Shown here piece by piece: positions 1-9,052 of a DNA stretch of 39,809 nucleotides (its first letter is position 1; every line of letters begins with the position of its first letter). The DNA comes from a virus. Its lineage: Duplodnaviria; Caudoviricetes. The stretch is from the IMG/VR virus record IMGVR_UViG_3300046001_008474, positions 1-39,809 of that record. One strand, written 5' to 3'. The position numbers and the translations under genes were made by a program. The notes under the pieces are model-generated. The model saw nothing but the letters and a program-made list of their open reading frames with translations, was not told the DNA's origin and made no database searches.

Positions 1-73
1 AATTAAATCAATTGGCGTTGAAAACACAATTAATGTTTATATTGATTTTTCTGACGAAAAATAAATTTATGGT

Positions 74-104
74 CTCCCCTTTCATTTGATTGGGGGAGTT
101 TTTT
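74..104 (+). terminator. Intrinsic terminator
   Basis: CTCCCC...GGGGAG stem followed by T-run. Confidence 0.7.
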
Positions 105-127
105 GTTTTATGTATATTTATCATTAT

Positions 128-460
128 ATGAGATATCTTGTCACCAAATCAAAGATAAACCAAATCATTCTTAACTACTTGAATGATAATGTATACCCCG
201 ATTATAATTGGGGTCCTGATTTATATGATTTCTATAGGGACGAGATTAGAAAATATAATAGTTATACATTCCCCATTGATGATGAGGAAGCGTATACGTT
301 CTATGGAGAGTACGCCAATGATAAAAATGTCTTGGAAATATCCGAATGGTTATCTAATAAGTTAACGGCACTTTTTGGTGATTATTGGATACCCGTTTTT
401 AATGATTGGTTTGAAGAAAGGTCGGGATTAAAAATTAGTACAACCATTATTGACAAGTAA
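128..460 (+). CDS. Hypothetical protein, leader-motif / 'LFG..WFE' paralogue family
   Basis: Start moved to ATG128 (MRYLVTKSKINQII), just after TATTTAT 115-121; C-terminal LFG...WFE motif. Confidence 0.75.
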   Translation: MRYLVTKSKINQIILNYLNDNVYPDYNWGPDLYDFYRDEIRKYNSYTFPIDDEEAYTFYGEYANDKNVLEISEWLSNKLTALFGDYWIPVFNDWFEERSGLKISTTIIDK

Positions 461-490
461 CATATAAAAAATGGATAAAGAAAAATTATA

Positions 491-497
491 TATTTAT
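491..497 (+). promoter_or_regulatory. TATTTAT putative phage (late-type) promoter; representative of about 25 copies
   Basis: Same heptamer mostly 4-28 nt before starts at 128, 503, 1205, 1716, 2008, 2332, 3103, 3512, 4485, 7062, 7890, 13949, 16566, 17805, 24121, 28351, 32196, 34422, 35389, 36615, and on the - strand before 10070, 19076, 24049, 28277, 30516, 34376. Confidence 0.7.
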
Positions 498-502
498 CTT
501 AT

Positions 503-838
503 ATGAAATTCATTATAACGGAATCAAAAATGTTTTACGTTTTCTCTAAATATATTGAGAAAACACATCCTGAATTATTATCATTAACACAAAATCGTAA
601 AGAAACCGATTATGGGTATTATATCGCCTATTATGACGAATTAGGGAATTATTATTCAATATTCCATTACTTAGTCGAAGAAGATGATGATGGTAATGAA
701 CTACGTTTACTTATCGTAAAAAGTGAGTTCCCATCAGATATTGAAAATATGTTTGGTCGTAAATATTTATCCCTCCTTAAAGAATGGTTTGAGTCCGTCT
801 ATAAACTACCTGTTGACCTTATTGAAGAAAGAATATGA
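503..838 (+). CDS. Hypothetical protein, MKFIITES leader, 'LFG..WFE' family
   Basis: ORF track; leader motif; MFG...WFE. Confidence 0.8.
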   Translation: MKFIITESKMFYVFSKYIEKTHPELLSLTQNRKETDYGYYIAYYDELGNYYSIFHYLVEEDDDGNELRLLIVKSEFPSDIENMFGRKYLSLLKEWFESVYKLPVDLIEERI

Positions 839-1101
839 AATTTATTATCAGAGAAAATAAAATAATTGGAATAATGGACTCTATTTTAAAATTATCTTAT
901 AATCCTGAAACAAGGGAGTTTTATAGTGGTGGAGCGATTGATAGAGTTATTGGTTACAAACATAAAGGTGGGTTTACATATGCAGGGTATTATGTGGATG
1001 ATATGGTATCTAATCTATTCGGTAAAAACGCCGATGAGTGGTTATTAATTTATTTGAAAGAAAAGTTTCCCCATCTAAAAATTAATAAGATAAACAATTA
1101 A
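835..1101 (+). CDS. Hypothetical protein, MKFIIRE leader, 'LFG' family
   Basis: ATGA overlap with previous gene; leader motif. Confidence 0.75.
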   Translation: MKFIIRENKIIGIMDSILKLSYNPETREFYSGGAIDRVIGYKHKGGFTYAGYYVDDMVSNLFGKNADEWLLIYLKEKFPHLKINKINN

Positions 1102-1204
1102 TAATACCGACCGAATCGTCCAAACTCACTTCGTTCGTAATTCAATCCCCCCGCCCCCTTTTTTTCAGAGATAACAATATATTTATATATAAATCAAAAA
1201 CATT

Positions 1205-1639
1205 ATGAAAAAAGTAATAAGACTAACTGAGTCAGATTTAATTAAATTAGTTAACCGAATACTATCTGAAGGGGTGGGTCAAAATAATTTTAAGGTAGGT
1301 CAAAAATTTGATGAGGTTCACAATCGTGGATATATTATGGCCAAATCATATCGTACCGCAGGTTCAGGTGGTGGAGTTCAACTCTATAATGACTTTGTAT
1401 TTAGAAGTCCTAAAGTTGAGAGATTATCTAATAATAGTGTAACATTTAAAATTGATTACGGATACTACACACCAACTGATGTATGGAAAAAAGGCGAGAA
1501 AGAAACTAACTTAAATAATTTTTGTGTAACCGTACCATATAATAAAATCGGGGAGATTCGTAGTAACCAAGTAATGGTTAATCTTTCGAATCCTGAAATA
1601 GGTTCTTATATAGAATCCCCTTGTAAAACATTTAACTAA
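1205..1639 (+). CDS. Hypothetical protein with MKKVIRLTESDL...ILSE leader
   Basis: ORF track; TATTTAT at 1180; terminator downstream. Confidence 0.8.
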   Translation: MKKVIRLTESDLIKLVNRILSEGVGQNNFKVGQKFDEVHNRGYIMAKSYRTAGSGGGVQLYNDFVFRSPKVERLSNNSVTFKIDYGYYTPTDVWKKGEKETNLNNFCVTVPYNKIGEIRSNQVMVNLSNPEIGSYIESPCKTFN

Positions 1640-1661
1640 TATACCCCCTCTTTTAAATTCT

Positions 1662-1692
1662 AACCCCATCTCTAATACAGGTGGGGTTTTTT
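1662..1692 (+). terminator. Intrinsic terminator
   Basis: AACCCCATCT...AGGTGGGGTT + T-run. Confidence 0.75.
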
Positions 1693-1703
1693 GTTTTATA
1701 CAC

Positions 1704-1739
1704 TATTTATCTTATATGAAATTCATTATAACAGAATCA
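1704..1739 (+). repeat. Promoter+leader DNA repeat (copy of 491-526)
   Basis: TATTTATCTTATATGAAATTCATTATAACrGAATCA, 35/36 identical to 491-526; ATGAAATTyATTATAACAGAA also at 2008, 2332, 3512, 4485. Confidence 0.85.
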
Positions 1740-1994
1740 CAAAATAATAGATTATGGTTATTAAGAAGATATGACTTGGTTAGTGAAGCCTTTAAAGAGA
1801 CGGTTAATTATATTAACCCCTGTAAATTTAATTCTTATGATGGATACGAAACAAGATTTGTGATGTATATGATGGATGAATTACATCCCCATTTTTACGA
1901 CATTGAAGGATTTGATTATAATGGAATTAGGGAAGAGTTAATTGAAATGTTTTATGTTGATATAACCGAATCTTATTATAATCGTAGGTGTTAA
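1716..1994 (+). CDS. Hypothetical protein, MKFIITESQ leader (paralogue of 6181)
   Basis: ORF track; RR..L...N.C and terminal Cys shared with 6181. Confidence 0.8.
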   Translation: MKFIITESQNNRLWLLRRYDLVSEAFKETVNYINPCKFNSYDGYETRFVMYMMDELHPHFYDIEGFDYNGIREELIEMFYVDITESYYNRRC

Positions 1995-2007
1995 TGTATT
2001 TATCGAT

Positions 2008-2328
2008 ATGAAATTTATTATAACAGAATCAAAACTTGAAAATGTAATATTTTCTTATATAGACTCCTTATTACATAAAATTGATTTTTATGGTGAAATT
2101 TATTATGTGTATAAAGGAACTAAAGACGGAGTAATTAAATATTCTAAAGGTGGTGATAATTACGTAACTGGTCATATCATACAAGATGTTTCTAATATAT
2201 TTTCTATAGGTCATATTCAGGCTTATTCCCACATTTTAAACTGGGCGAAGAGCAGGATTGATGAAGATATTAAAGGATTTAGAACTAAACCCAATTATAT
2301 TTATGTATCAGATTTTATATTCCCTTAA
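2008..2328 (+). CDS. Hypothetical protein, MKFIITESK leader (paralogue of 3512)
   Basis: ORF track; shares LE.V.F.Y.DS...YG...VYK.T with 3512. Confidence 0.8.
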   Translation: MKFIITESKLENVIFSYIDSLLHKIDFYGEIYYVYKGTKDGVIKYSKGGDNYVTGHIIQDVSNIFSIGHIQAYSHILNWAKSRIDEDIKGFRTKPNYIYVSDFIFP

Positions 2329-2331
2329 TTT

Positions 2332-3060
2332 ATGAAATTCATTATAACAGAATCACAATTTAAAATGTTGTTAGAACAAAAATCTGACAATCTAATGCCA
2401 TTCCAACCAGAAAAATTTGGATATAGAAAAGACGACCCAAAAACTTTAGAACCTGCATTAAAAAAACAATCTGAAACGATTAAAAATATTGCAAATTTAA
2501 ATCCCGATACATTAGTGGACATTGTTTCGATATTATTCGATGGGATTCCTGGAATAGGAAATTTAGTTTCTGCAGGTATAGATATTACACACGCTTTAAC
2601 TTACCTTGGTAGATTTTTTTTAAATAACAACGAAGATTCAAAAATTGAAAATGGGGTTATGGCAATCATAACTTTTGGTTCTACATTTATTCCTATTGGT
2701 GGAAATTCTTTAAACATTATTGCAAGACAAGGAATAAGACAAACAATCAAACAAACACCTAAAGAATTATTAGTTATTGCGAAAAAATTAGGTCTTTACG
2801 ATAAAACAGTTTTTTTATTATCCAAAACAAAATGGAAATATTCTATATTATTGGCATTGGCAAGAATTACCGTTAATACATCATTAGATAATTTTCTTTA
2901 TGACGTATCGAACAAACTTTCCGAACTAAAAAAATACATTATAAATAATTCTTTTGGTAAAATTTATATGCCGGCAATAAATTACATGATATCTTTTTTA
3001 AACGAAATGTTATCTGATTGGGAATTAACAAAAAAATTACAAAAAGGTTACCAAGTGTAA
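2332..3060 (+). CDS. Hypothetical protein, MKFIITESQ..LLEQ leader, pre-toxin-TG-like helical segment
   Basis: DGIPGIGNLVSAGID and FIPIGG motifs. Confidence 0.7.
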   Translation: MKFIITESQFKMLLEQKSDNLMPFQPEKFGYRKDDPKTLEPALKKQSETIKNIANLNPDTLVDIVSILFDGIPGIGNLVSAGIDITHALTYLGRFFLNNNEDSKIENGVMAIITFGSTFIPIGGNSLNIIARQGIRQTIKQTPKELLVIAKKLGLYDKTVFLLSKTKWKYSILLALARITVNTSLDNFLYDVSNKLSELKKYIINNSFGKIYMPAINYMISFLNEMLSDWELTKKLQKGYQV

Positions 3061-3102
3061 AAACAATTTTCATTTATATTTATCGCAAATAAAAAATGAT
3101 TT

Positions 3103-3498
3103 ATGTATATGGTTTATACAAATAAAAAAGAAAAAGAAGAATTTGGAAAGTTATTAACCAAATCTTTAAATAAAAATTTTCCATTCGTTATTGATGTTGA
3201 CGTTTATGAATTAAAATCAACAGACTTCATGTTTGAAATTGGCTGTTATATTGTTGTGTCAAAACAATTTATTATTGATAATGTTAATATGAATTATTCA
3301 GGTAACATTGTATCTCCAAGTGAAATAAGAAATTATGTTAGAAATGGTTTAATACCAACTTACGCATTTAATCTCGCCTCAAAAAAGATTCAATTTAAAA
3401 TTGAAGAATTCATTAAATTGTCTCAGATGTTGTTTTATTCCCTCTATGGAAGTAATGCGACGACTAATACTTATTCAGTTCAATTCAAGATAGTGTAG
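3103..3498 (+). CDS. Hypothetical protein (K.L.K.FPFV family with 7890)
   Basis: ORF track; TATTTAT at 3077. Confidence 0.75.
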   Translation: MYMVYTNKKEKEEFGKLLTKSLNKNFPFVIDVDVYELKSTDFMFEIGCYIVVSKQFIIDNVNMNYSGNIVSPSEIRNYVRNGLIPTYAFNLASKKIQFKIEEFIKLSQMLFYSLYGSNATTNTYSVQFKIV

Positions 3499-3511
3499 TA
3501 TTTATTATTGT

Positions 3512-3853
3512 ATGAAATTCATTATAACAGAATCAAAACTTGAAAAGGTTTTGTTTAAATACTTAGATTCCGTTTTTGAAATCTTAGAATATTATGGAGA
3601 CTATTGGGTTGTGTATAAAGATACTGACCAAGTTATTGCAACCGTATTGGATGGTAATTATAAAATAAGTACTCATGGGTTTAAAGAGATAAATAAAATG
3701 TTTTCGATGGAATCTCCAGAATCTGATTTGTTTTTTTTAGAATGGGTCGAATCAAAAATAGGATTTGAAACTTCAGGTTATTCCCAAACTCCATATATAC
3801 AACGTTTTCCAAGTTATTTCAACGTAAAAAAAGATAATTTTGTAAAACTATGA
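3512..3853 (+). CDS. Hypothetical protein, MKFIITESK leader
   Basis: ORF track; TATTTAT at 3499. Confidence 0.8.
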   Translation: MKFIITESKLEKVLFKYLDSVFEILEYYGDYWVVYKDTDQVIATVLDGNYKISTHGFKEINKMFSMESPESDLFFLEWVESKIGFETSGYSQTPYIQRFPSYFNVKKDNFVKL

Positions 3854-4458
3854 GTGAAGATATAAGAAAGATGATTGATAAAGTTAGACAATTTGATAGC
3901 GATACTGACAATCTTAACATCAAATCAGGGGTAAATTACATATATCAACAACATCCCGAGTTATCAACTATTGGCACACAAGAAGAGTATTCACAATATC
4001 TTGATACTATATTTCCTGACAGTCAAGTAAAGGATATTGTTTATCATAGTACTAATGCTAAAGAGATTGAAGGTGGTGAACTAAGACCAAGCCGTGAAGG
4101 TGTATATGGTTCAGGTATTTATGTTCAAACAAACCGGGAATTTACTAGCAACTTTGGCTCAACTATTTTATCACTAATTATAAACACAAAATCACCATTT
4201 GATTATTATAAAAAAAACGGACAACGTAATGATTTTTTTACTAAAATACTTGAAAAATGGAGAAAAACTAATAAATTCTATTTTGCGGAAGCGGCAAAAG
4301 AAGAATTTCAAGATGAAATTAAAAAAGTTGGATTTGATTCTATTAAGACTGATGAACCAGGTAATAACTCATACTATATTTTATTTGAACCAAAGCAAAT
4401 CCATATATTAGGTATTAAAAATGATATTGAAGGTTTCAAAAAGTTTATTAAAAACTAA
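3850..4458 (+). CDS. Putative ADP-ribosyltransferase-like (ART-PolyVal-type) domain protein
   Basis: VYHST...GVYGSGIY...GFDSI...YILFEPKQI pattern. Confidence 0.55.
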   Translation: MSEDIRKMIDKVRQFDSDTDNLNIKSGVNYIYQQHPELSTIGTQEEYSQYLDTIFPDSQVKDIVYHSTNAKEIEGGELRPSREGVYGSGIYVQTNREFTSNFGSTILSLIINTKSPFDYYKKNGQRNDFFTKILEKWRKTNKFYFAEAAKEEFQDEIKKVGFDSIKTDEPGNNSYYILFEPKQIHILGIKNDIEGFKKFIKN

Positions 4459-4484
4459 GTGTGTTGGAGCCATATTTATTTAAT

Positions 4485-4820
4485 ATGAAATTTATTATAA
4501 CAGAAAATAAAATTATTGATGTTATCAAACATTATCTCGATAGTAAAAACTACAAACAAATTAACGTCCGTGATGCTCTTATATATTTTTATAAAGAAGG
4601 TGAATTTTTAGCTGATATTGTGGTTGACGCTGACATTAAATTTTTAGAACTTAATTTCGAACTTACAAATGAACTTAGAAACTTTTTTTCTATTGACCGT
4701 GGTTTTGCGGTAGAAATAATTCGTTCTTGGATTGAAGATGTGACAGGAATAGAAGAATTGGAGGCTTGGTCTCCATCAGATTATCATAGAAGTACTCTTT
4801 ATCTTCCAAACACTAAATAA
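4485..4820 (+). CDS. Hypothetical protein, MKFIITENK leader, 'FFS..WIE' family
   Basis: Start moved to ATG4485 after TATTTAT 4473. Confidence 0.8.
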   Translation: MKFIITENKIIDVIKHYLDSKNYKQINVRDALIYFYKEGEFLADIVVDADIKFLELNFELTNELRNFFSIDRGFAVEIIRSWIEDVTGIEELEAWSPSDYHRSTLYLPNTK

Positions 4821-4825
4821 AAAAT

Positions 4826-5182
4826 ATGAAATTTGTAATAACTGAAAATAAAATGTCTCAAATAATTCAAAAAGTTATTAATTCGGTTATTAATACATTG
4901 AAAGATTTGAAAGAAGAAGATTGGAGAAATATTCCTGAAGATATTTCATCAGATACTTGGGACGATATTGAACAAGTTTTACATATGAGAATTTCCAACA
5001 TTGAAAAAAAAGATAGTAAGTATGATGTGACTATTGATATTAATTTTGATTCTGTATCAGGAATTCATTTAGACGATATAATGTGGGATGTACAACAAAG
5101 AGTTAGAGATATTACAGGTCTTAACGTAAGGTTTAATGAGGGAAAAATTAGAAATATATATTTAGATTACGGTCAGTTATGA
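4826..5182 (+). CDS. Hypothetical protein, MKFVITENK leader (paralogue of 5854)
   Basis: ORF track. Confidence 0.8.
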   Translation: MKFVITENKMSQIIQKVINSVINTLKDLKEEDWRNIPEDISSDTWDDIEQVLHMRISNIEKKDSKYDVTIDINFDSVSGIHLDDIMWDVQQRVRDITGLNVRFNEGKIRNIYLDYGQL

Positions 5183-5850
5183 ATTACGAAAGATTAGAAA
5201 AAGTTATAGAAAAATTGGCCAACTCGGAACTAACAAAACATGAGTTATCTGAGAATTATTATGGGTTCAAAGCGAACGTGTATCCAACAAAATACGGACT
5301 TCAAGTTTCCGCAATAATATTAACAAAAAAACCATTTAGTCAGAAAGACGCTGACATCTTTCATGTTATTAATAAAGAAATTAAAACCACACTAAAATCT
5401 GCTTTTGGGGACTATGTCGATAATATCTATGCGTCAGTTCAAACTGCGGAAAATTATGAACAAACAAAATGGTGGTTTGAACAACAAAAAAATTTAAATG
5501 AAAATAAAAAAAATATTACCGAACTTGATAGAACTTGGAGAGACCAAAAATATGAAAAAGAGTATAATCGTATAAAAAATAAAATATCAAAACCTGTAGA
5601 AAATATGATAGAATCATATTTTGAGGATGATGATTTTATTCGTCTTTACGATACTGAAGAAAAAAGAATAATAACATATAATAAAAAAACTCAAGAATTA
5701 TATTATAATAGAGATATTGCAGATTACATGTCTGATGTTTTACCTTCGTATCTTTGGGCTAGACATGGGCAACATCTTATATCAGACTTGTTTGAAGAAT
5801 ATTTTCCTGAATATAAAGTAAAAACGGTAACTGCTGCTGGAATGTTTTAA
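5179..5850 (+). CDS. Two-domain hypothetical protein with internal LNE/ITE linker
   Basis: ORF track; C-terminal part resembles the LFG..WFE family. Confidence 0.8.
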   Translation: MNYERLEKVIEKLANSELTKHELSENYYGFKANVYPTKYGLQVSAIILTKKPFSQKDADIFHVINKEIKTTLKSAFGDYVDNIYASVQTAENYEQTKWWFEQQKNLNENKKNITELDRTWRDQKYEKEYNRIKNKISKPVENMIESYFEDDDFIRLYDTEEKRIITYNKKTQELYYNRDIADYMSDVLPSYLWARHGQHLISDLFEEYFPEYKVKTVTAAGMF

Positions 5851-5853
5851 TAT

Positions 5854-6174
5854 ATGAAATACGAATTAAATAAAAAACAATTAGACCAAATAACTAAACA
5901 CATTCAAAGTTTGATTGATACTTCTTTGGAACAAATAAAAGATGAGTCGGAAGATTGGGGTTTGGGGGAAATGGATGATTTGGATGAAATTGATTCTATT
6001 AACGAAATAAAAATAGATAGAGTTGTTCCCTATACGGGTTTAATTGTTTATGTTAATATTCATACAAATTCAAATAGAGAAGAGTTTGAGAATATTATGT
6101 CTGAAATAAACTACAGAGTGTCACAAATTTTACCCACGGTAAAAATATTTGTAGATTCGATTATCGAAAAGTAA
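5854..6174 (+). CDS. Hypothetical protein (degenerate leader MKYELNKKQL)
   Basis: ORF track; similar to 4826. Confidence 0.75.
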   Translation: MKYELNKKQLDQITKHIQSLIDTSLEQIKDESEDWGLGEMDDLDEIDSINEIKIDRVVPYTGLIVYVNIHTNSNREEFENIMSEINYRVSQILPTVKIFVDSIIEK

Positions 6175-6180
6175 TTCACT

Positions 6181-6528
6181 ATGGATATAATTGTTAGTAA
6201 AAAACAATATAAGTCTTTATTAAAAGAAGAATTTGATAATAAAAAAGACAAAATTACATTCTTCAAAAGAAGAATTCAAGATTTAAAAGAACATATCCAT
6301 GAAATAATTGAAGAAGGGCTTTGGCATTTTAATGTGTGTGATTATAAAAATTTAGAATCTTTCATAAGAGAAATGTCAGAAAATAGTGCTTTGACATTTA
6401 TATATTCCTATGACGAACTTGACCAACCAAGAAGTGAAGAGTTTGAAAAAATAATTACGGATTATATATACAACAGATATAAAAAATATCTAACAAAAGA
6501 ATGGGACGAAAAAGAATGTGATGAATAG
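6181..6528 (+). CDS. Hypothetical protein (leader MDIIVSKKQYKSLLKE)
   Basis: ORF track; similar to 1716. Confidence 0.75.
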   Translation: MDIIVSKKQYKSLLKEEFDNKKDKITFFKRRIQDLKEHIHEIIEEGLWHFNVCDYKNLESFIREMSENSALTFIYSYDELDQPRSEEFEKIITDYIYNRYKKYLTKEWDEKECDE

Positions 6529-6553
6529 TTTTGAGAATACAAAACATTTCTAT

Positions 6554-6561
6554 TATATTTG
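6554..6561 (+). promoter_or_regulatory. Bacteroidota sigma70-type -7 element TAnnTTTG; representative copy
   Basis: TATATTTG 4 nt before ATG6566; similar at 10563, 16830, 22061, 22718, 20389-20396(-), variant at 9041. Confidence 0.6.
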
Positions 6562-6565
6562 ACCC

Positions 6566-7030
6566 ATGAGTTTATCCGAAAAAAAACTATTACAAATTAA
6601 CGAAACTTTAAAAGACTTTAAATGTCTTGTACCAAGATATCTTGAAGTAAAAAACAACCAAAACCTTTTGGAGTTATTTTGTTCACGTAATAGAAACCCA
6701 TTATGGGACATTACAAACGTTTCTTATTTTAAAACAGGGTTGATATCGGAATCGGCTAAGAAAGCTCCTGAGAACACAACAGATGACCATTTCATACAAA
6801 GGAAATTATCAATGAGATTGGTAATGGAATCTTTGGTTAATAATCCTAACATGAGTTTGGAAAAATTTGTTGAAATGATAAGAAAGTATTCTTCCACAAT
6901 TGTAATAACAAAAGACGAACACACATTAGTGTCACAAAGAACAAAAAATACGGGCATGTATAATTTCCAAGTTTATAGTAAATTAGGTATTGTAATTGAA
7001 GGTATTGATGATTATACTAAAGGATTATAA
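6566..7030 (+). CDS. Hypothetical protein, possible degenerate HNH-like fold
   Basis: TTDDH...ITKDEH spacing reminiscent of His-Me finger nucleases; weak. Confidence 0.6.
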   Translation: MSLSEKKLLQINETLKDFKCLVPRYLEVKNNQNLLELFCSRNRNPLWDITNVSYFKTGLISESAKKAPENTTDDHFIQRKLSMRLVMESLVNNPNMSLEKFVEMIRKYSSTIVITKDEHTLVSQRTKNTGMYNFQVYSKLGIVIEGIDDYTKGL

Positions 7031-7061
7031 TTTTTCTTCATAATTTCATATTTATCAATAT

Positions 7062-7364
7062 ATGAAATTTATAATTACAGAAAGTAAACTTAATTTGTTC
7101 AAAAATAAATTTTTGAATGATTATCTTGGAAGTGGTGAAAGAAGGTTTGATAGTTTTTTATTAATACCTAATATGGATGATGATGATTATTTTTCGTCAG
7201 AGCCTCATTTTGAATATGATTTTTTTGATGGAAGATTATTTATCAACCGTGATGTAAGACAAAAATTCATTACTTTTTTTGGTACTTCTAAAGAAGAAAC
7301 CGACGATTATATATCCAAGTGGTTTGAAGATAAATTTGAAGTAAACGTAAAATTCACAGCATAA
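7062..7364 (+). CDS. Hypothetical protein, MKFIITESK leader, 'FFG..WFE' family
   Basis: ORF track; TATTTAT 7049. Confidence 0.8.
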   Translation: MKFIITESKLNLFKNKFLNDYLGSGERRFDSFLLIPNMDDDDYFSSEPHFEYDFFDGRLFINRDVRQKFITFFGTSKEETDDYISKWFEDKFEVNVKFTA

Positions 7365-7367
7365 TTT

Positions 7368-7649
7368 ATGACCTATTACGACGCAATAAAAAAATATATG
7401 TTCAAGTATTTGGATAATTTGAAAATGAAAACTCATGAAACTAATGAGCGTATCCAATTTAATGGAAAAAATAAAAAAGACTTATTTTTATATGTTAAAG
7501 AACATAATACTCTTTATTACGACGGACCTACTTTTTACACCTTTTTACAACTTTTCGATTTAATAGAAGATAAAGAAACTCTTCATAAAATAATTAATGA
7601 GTACTTCAAAGAAAGATATCCTGATTTACTTATTGACACTGTGTTTTAA
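7368..7649 (+). CDS. Hypothetical protein, 'LF..YFKE' family member without leader
   Basis: ORF track. Confidence 0.7.
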   Translation: MTYYDAIKKYMFKYLDNLKMKTHETNERIQFNGKNKKDLFLYVKEHNTLYYDGPTFYTFLQLFDLIEDKETLHKIINEYFKERYPDLLIDTVF

Positions 7650-7667
7650 ACAATTAAATTTAATAAT

Positions 7668-7853
7668 ATGACAGAAGAACAAAAAGCGGGAATCTACGGA
7701 AACCTATTAAACGAACATACACGTTTACACAACAGAATCAATGAAATTAAAGGTCAAAACATTGACCTAAATCAAGAACAGATTAGACAGATAAGAGAAC
7801 TCGAAAGACAACAAGTTATCGTAATGAACAAAATCAAAATTTTGATGAGTTAA
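7668..7853 (+). CDS. Small coiled-coil hypothetical protein
   Basis: ORF track; heptad-like sequence. Confidence 0.7.
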   Translation: MTEEQKAGIYGNLLNEHTRLHNRINEIKGQNIDLNQEQIRQIRELERQQVIVMNKIKILMS

Positions 7854-7889
7854 ATATCAAATGTTTCATAACACATTATATTTATTGTT

Positions 7890-8354
7890 ATGGCATTTGA
7901 AGATATAACTAAAAAACAACTAAGAGGTGTTGATTTGGCTATAAAGGCCTTATCAAAAAAATTTCCTTTTGTGGAAGGTTGGAAATTTAGTCATGATTAT
8001 CAAAAATATAATTCAAACTTGTTTATTCATTTAATAGTTGACTACAAAAAAATTGGTGAATATTACGGTGTTGAATTGCAACCATATTATGAAGAAAAGT
8101 TGTTAAAAAATCCTGATTATTTTAAAAGTTCTTTTATAGGTACATTTTTTGAAGGTAATTACACATATGATACTCCTGAATATAAAGAATACATTCATCG
8201 TTGGTGGTCTAGAGCTCAAGACCTAAAAGAATATTTGGAACTTATATATAAAAGTTTACCTGAAGATTTTCAAATGTTATGGTCAACAGAAAGGTTTCCT
8301 GAAAACAAACATCCAATAAGTTTAAACGTTCAAAACTTTGTTCAAAAAAATTAA
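7890..8354 (+). CDS. Hypothetical protein (KKFPFV family)
   Basis: ORF track; TATTTAT 7879. Confidence 0.8.
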   Translation: MAFEDITKKQLRGVDLAIKALSKKFPFVEGWKFSHDYQKYNSNLFIHLIVDYKKIGEYYGVELQPYYEEKLLKNPDYFKSSFIGTFFEGNYTYDTPEYKEYIHRWWSRAQDLKEYLELIYKSLPEDFQMLWSTERFPENKHPISLNVQNFVQKN

Positions 8355-9011
8355 ATGGATAGAAAGCGATATACACAATTACTCAATATTATTATTGACT
8401 CTAAGAACAAAGAAGAGTTAAATAATAATATTCGTCTTGTAAATGAATTTATAAGAGATAATAATTTATCTCCCGACACTCCTGAGTTTAAAAAAATCGA
8501 TACCGTTGTTGGTTTAATGAAAGTTAAAATCAAAAACAAAAGAAAAATGGAGTTTGAAAGTGTACAAGATGAGACGTTACTTGAAGTAAAAAAAAAGGAA
8601 CTCATCTCAATAATTCTTGAATCTGAAGAAAAAAATTATACAGATAAAAAAGACTATACAAAAGCGGCTCAGAAAGTTTTAGAAAAACTTTTACCTAACA
8701 AAATAAAATATGTAAAAGGCTTAGAGGTACTAAGTTGTTTTACGGCTAAAGACGAACATGAGTGGGGAGGAGGTTTTTCTTATACTAATTATATTATCCA
8801 TTTAGACATTAAGTTTTATATTGACAAACAACCTTGGATTGATGCGGGATTTGATATTAATGAAGATGGCACAAATGAAATGTCTAAAATTGCGTACGGG
8901 GAAGATTTTTTTCAAACTTTAAGGGATTCGTCTCACGAAGTTAGAGAATATCTAAGTATTGATTCCATGTATAGAGATTGGGAAGGCACAATGTCTTTCA
9001 AATTAGTTTAA
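8355..9011 (+). CDS. Hypothetical protein with internal ILE-SE linker
   Basis: ORF track. Confidence 0.8.
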   Translation: MDRKRYTQLLNIIIDSKNKEELNNNIRLVNEFIRDNNLSPDTPEFKKIDTVVGLMKVKIKNKRKMEFESVQDETLLEVKKKELISIILESEEKNYTDKKDYTKAAQKVLEKLLPNKIKYVKGLEVLSCFTAKDEHEWGGGFSYTNYIIHLDIKFYIDKQPWIDAGFDINEDGTNEMSKIAYGEDFFQTLRDSSHEVREYLSIDSMYRDWEGTMSFKLV

Positions 9012-9052
9012 AAAAAATTTGTTAGTATAATTTCATTTCATATCTTTACAGT

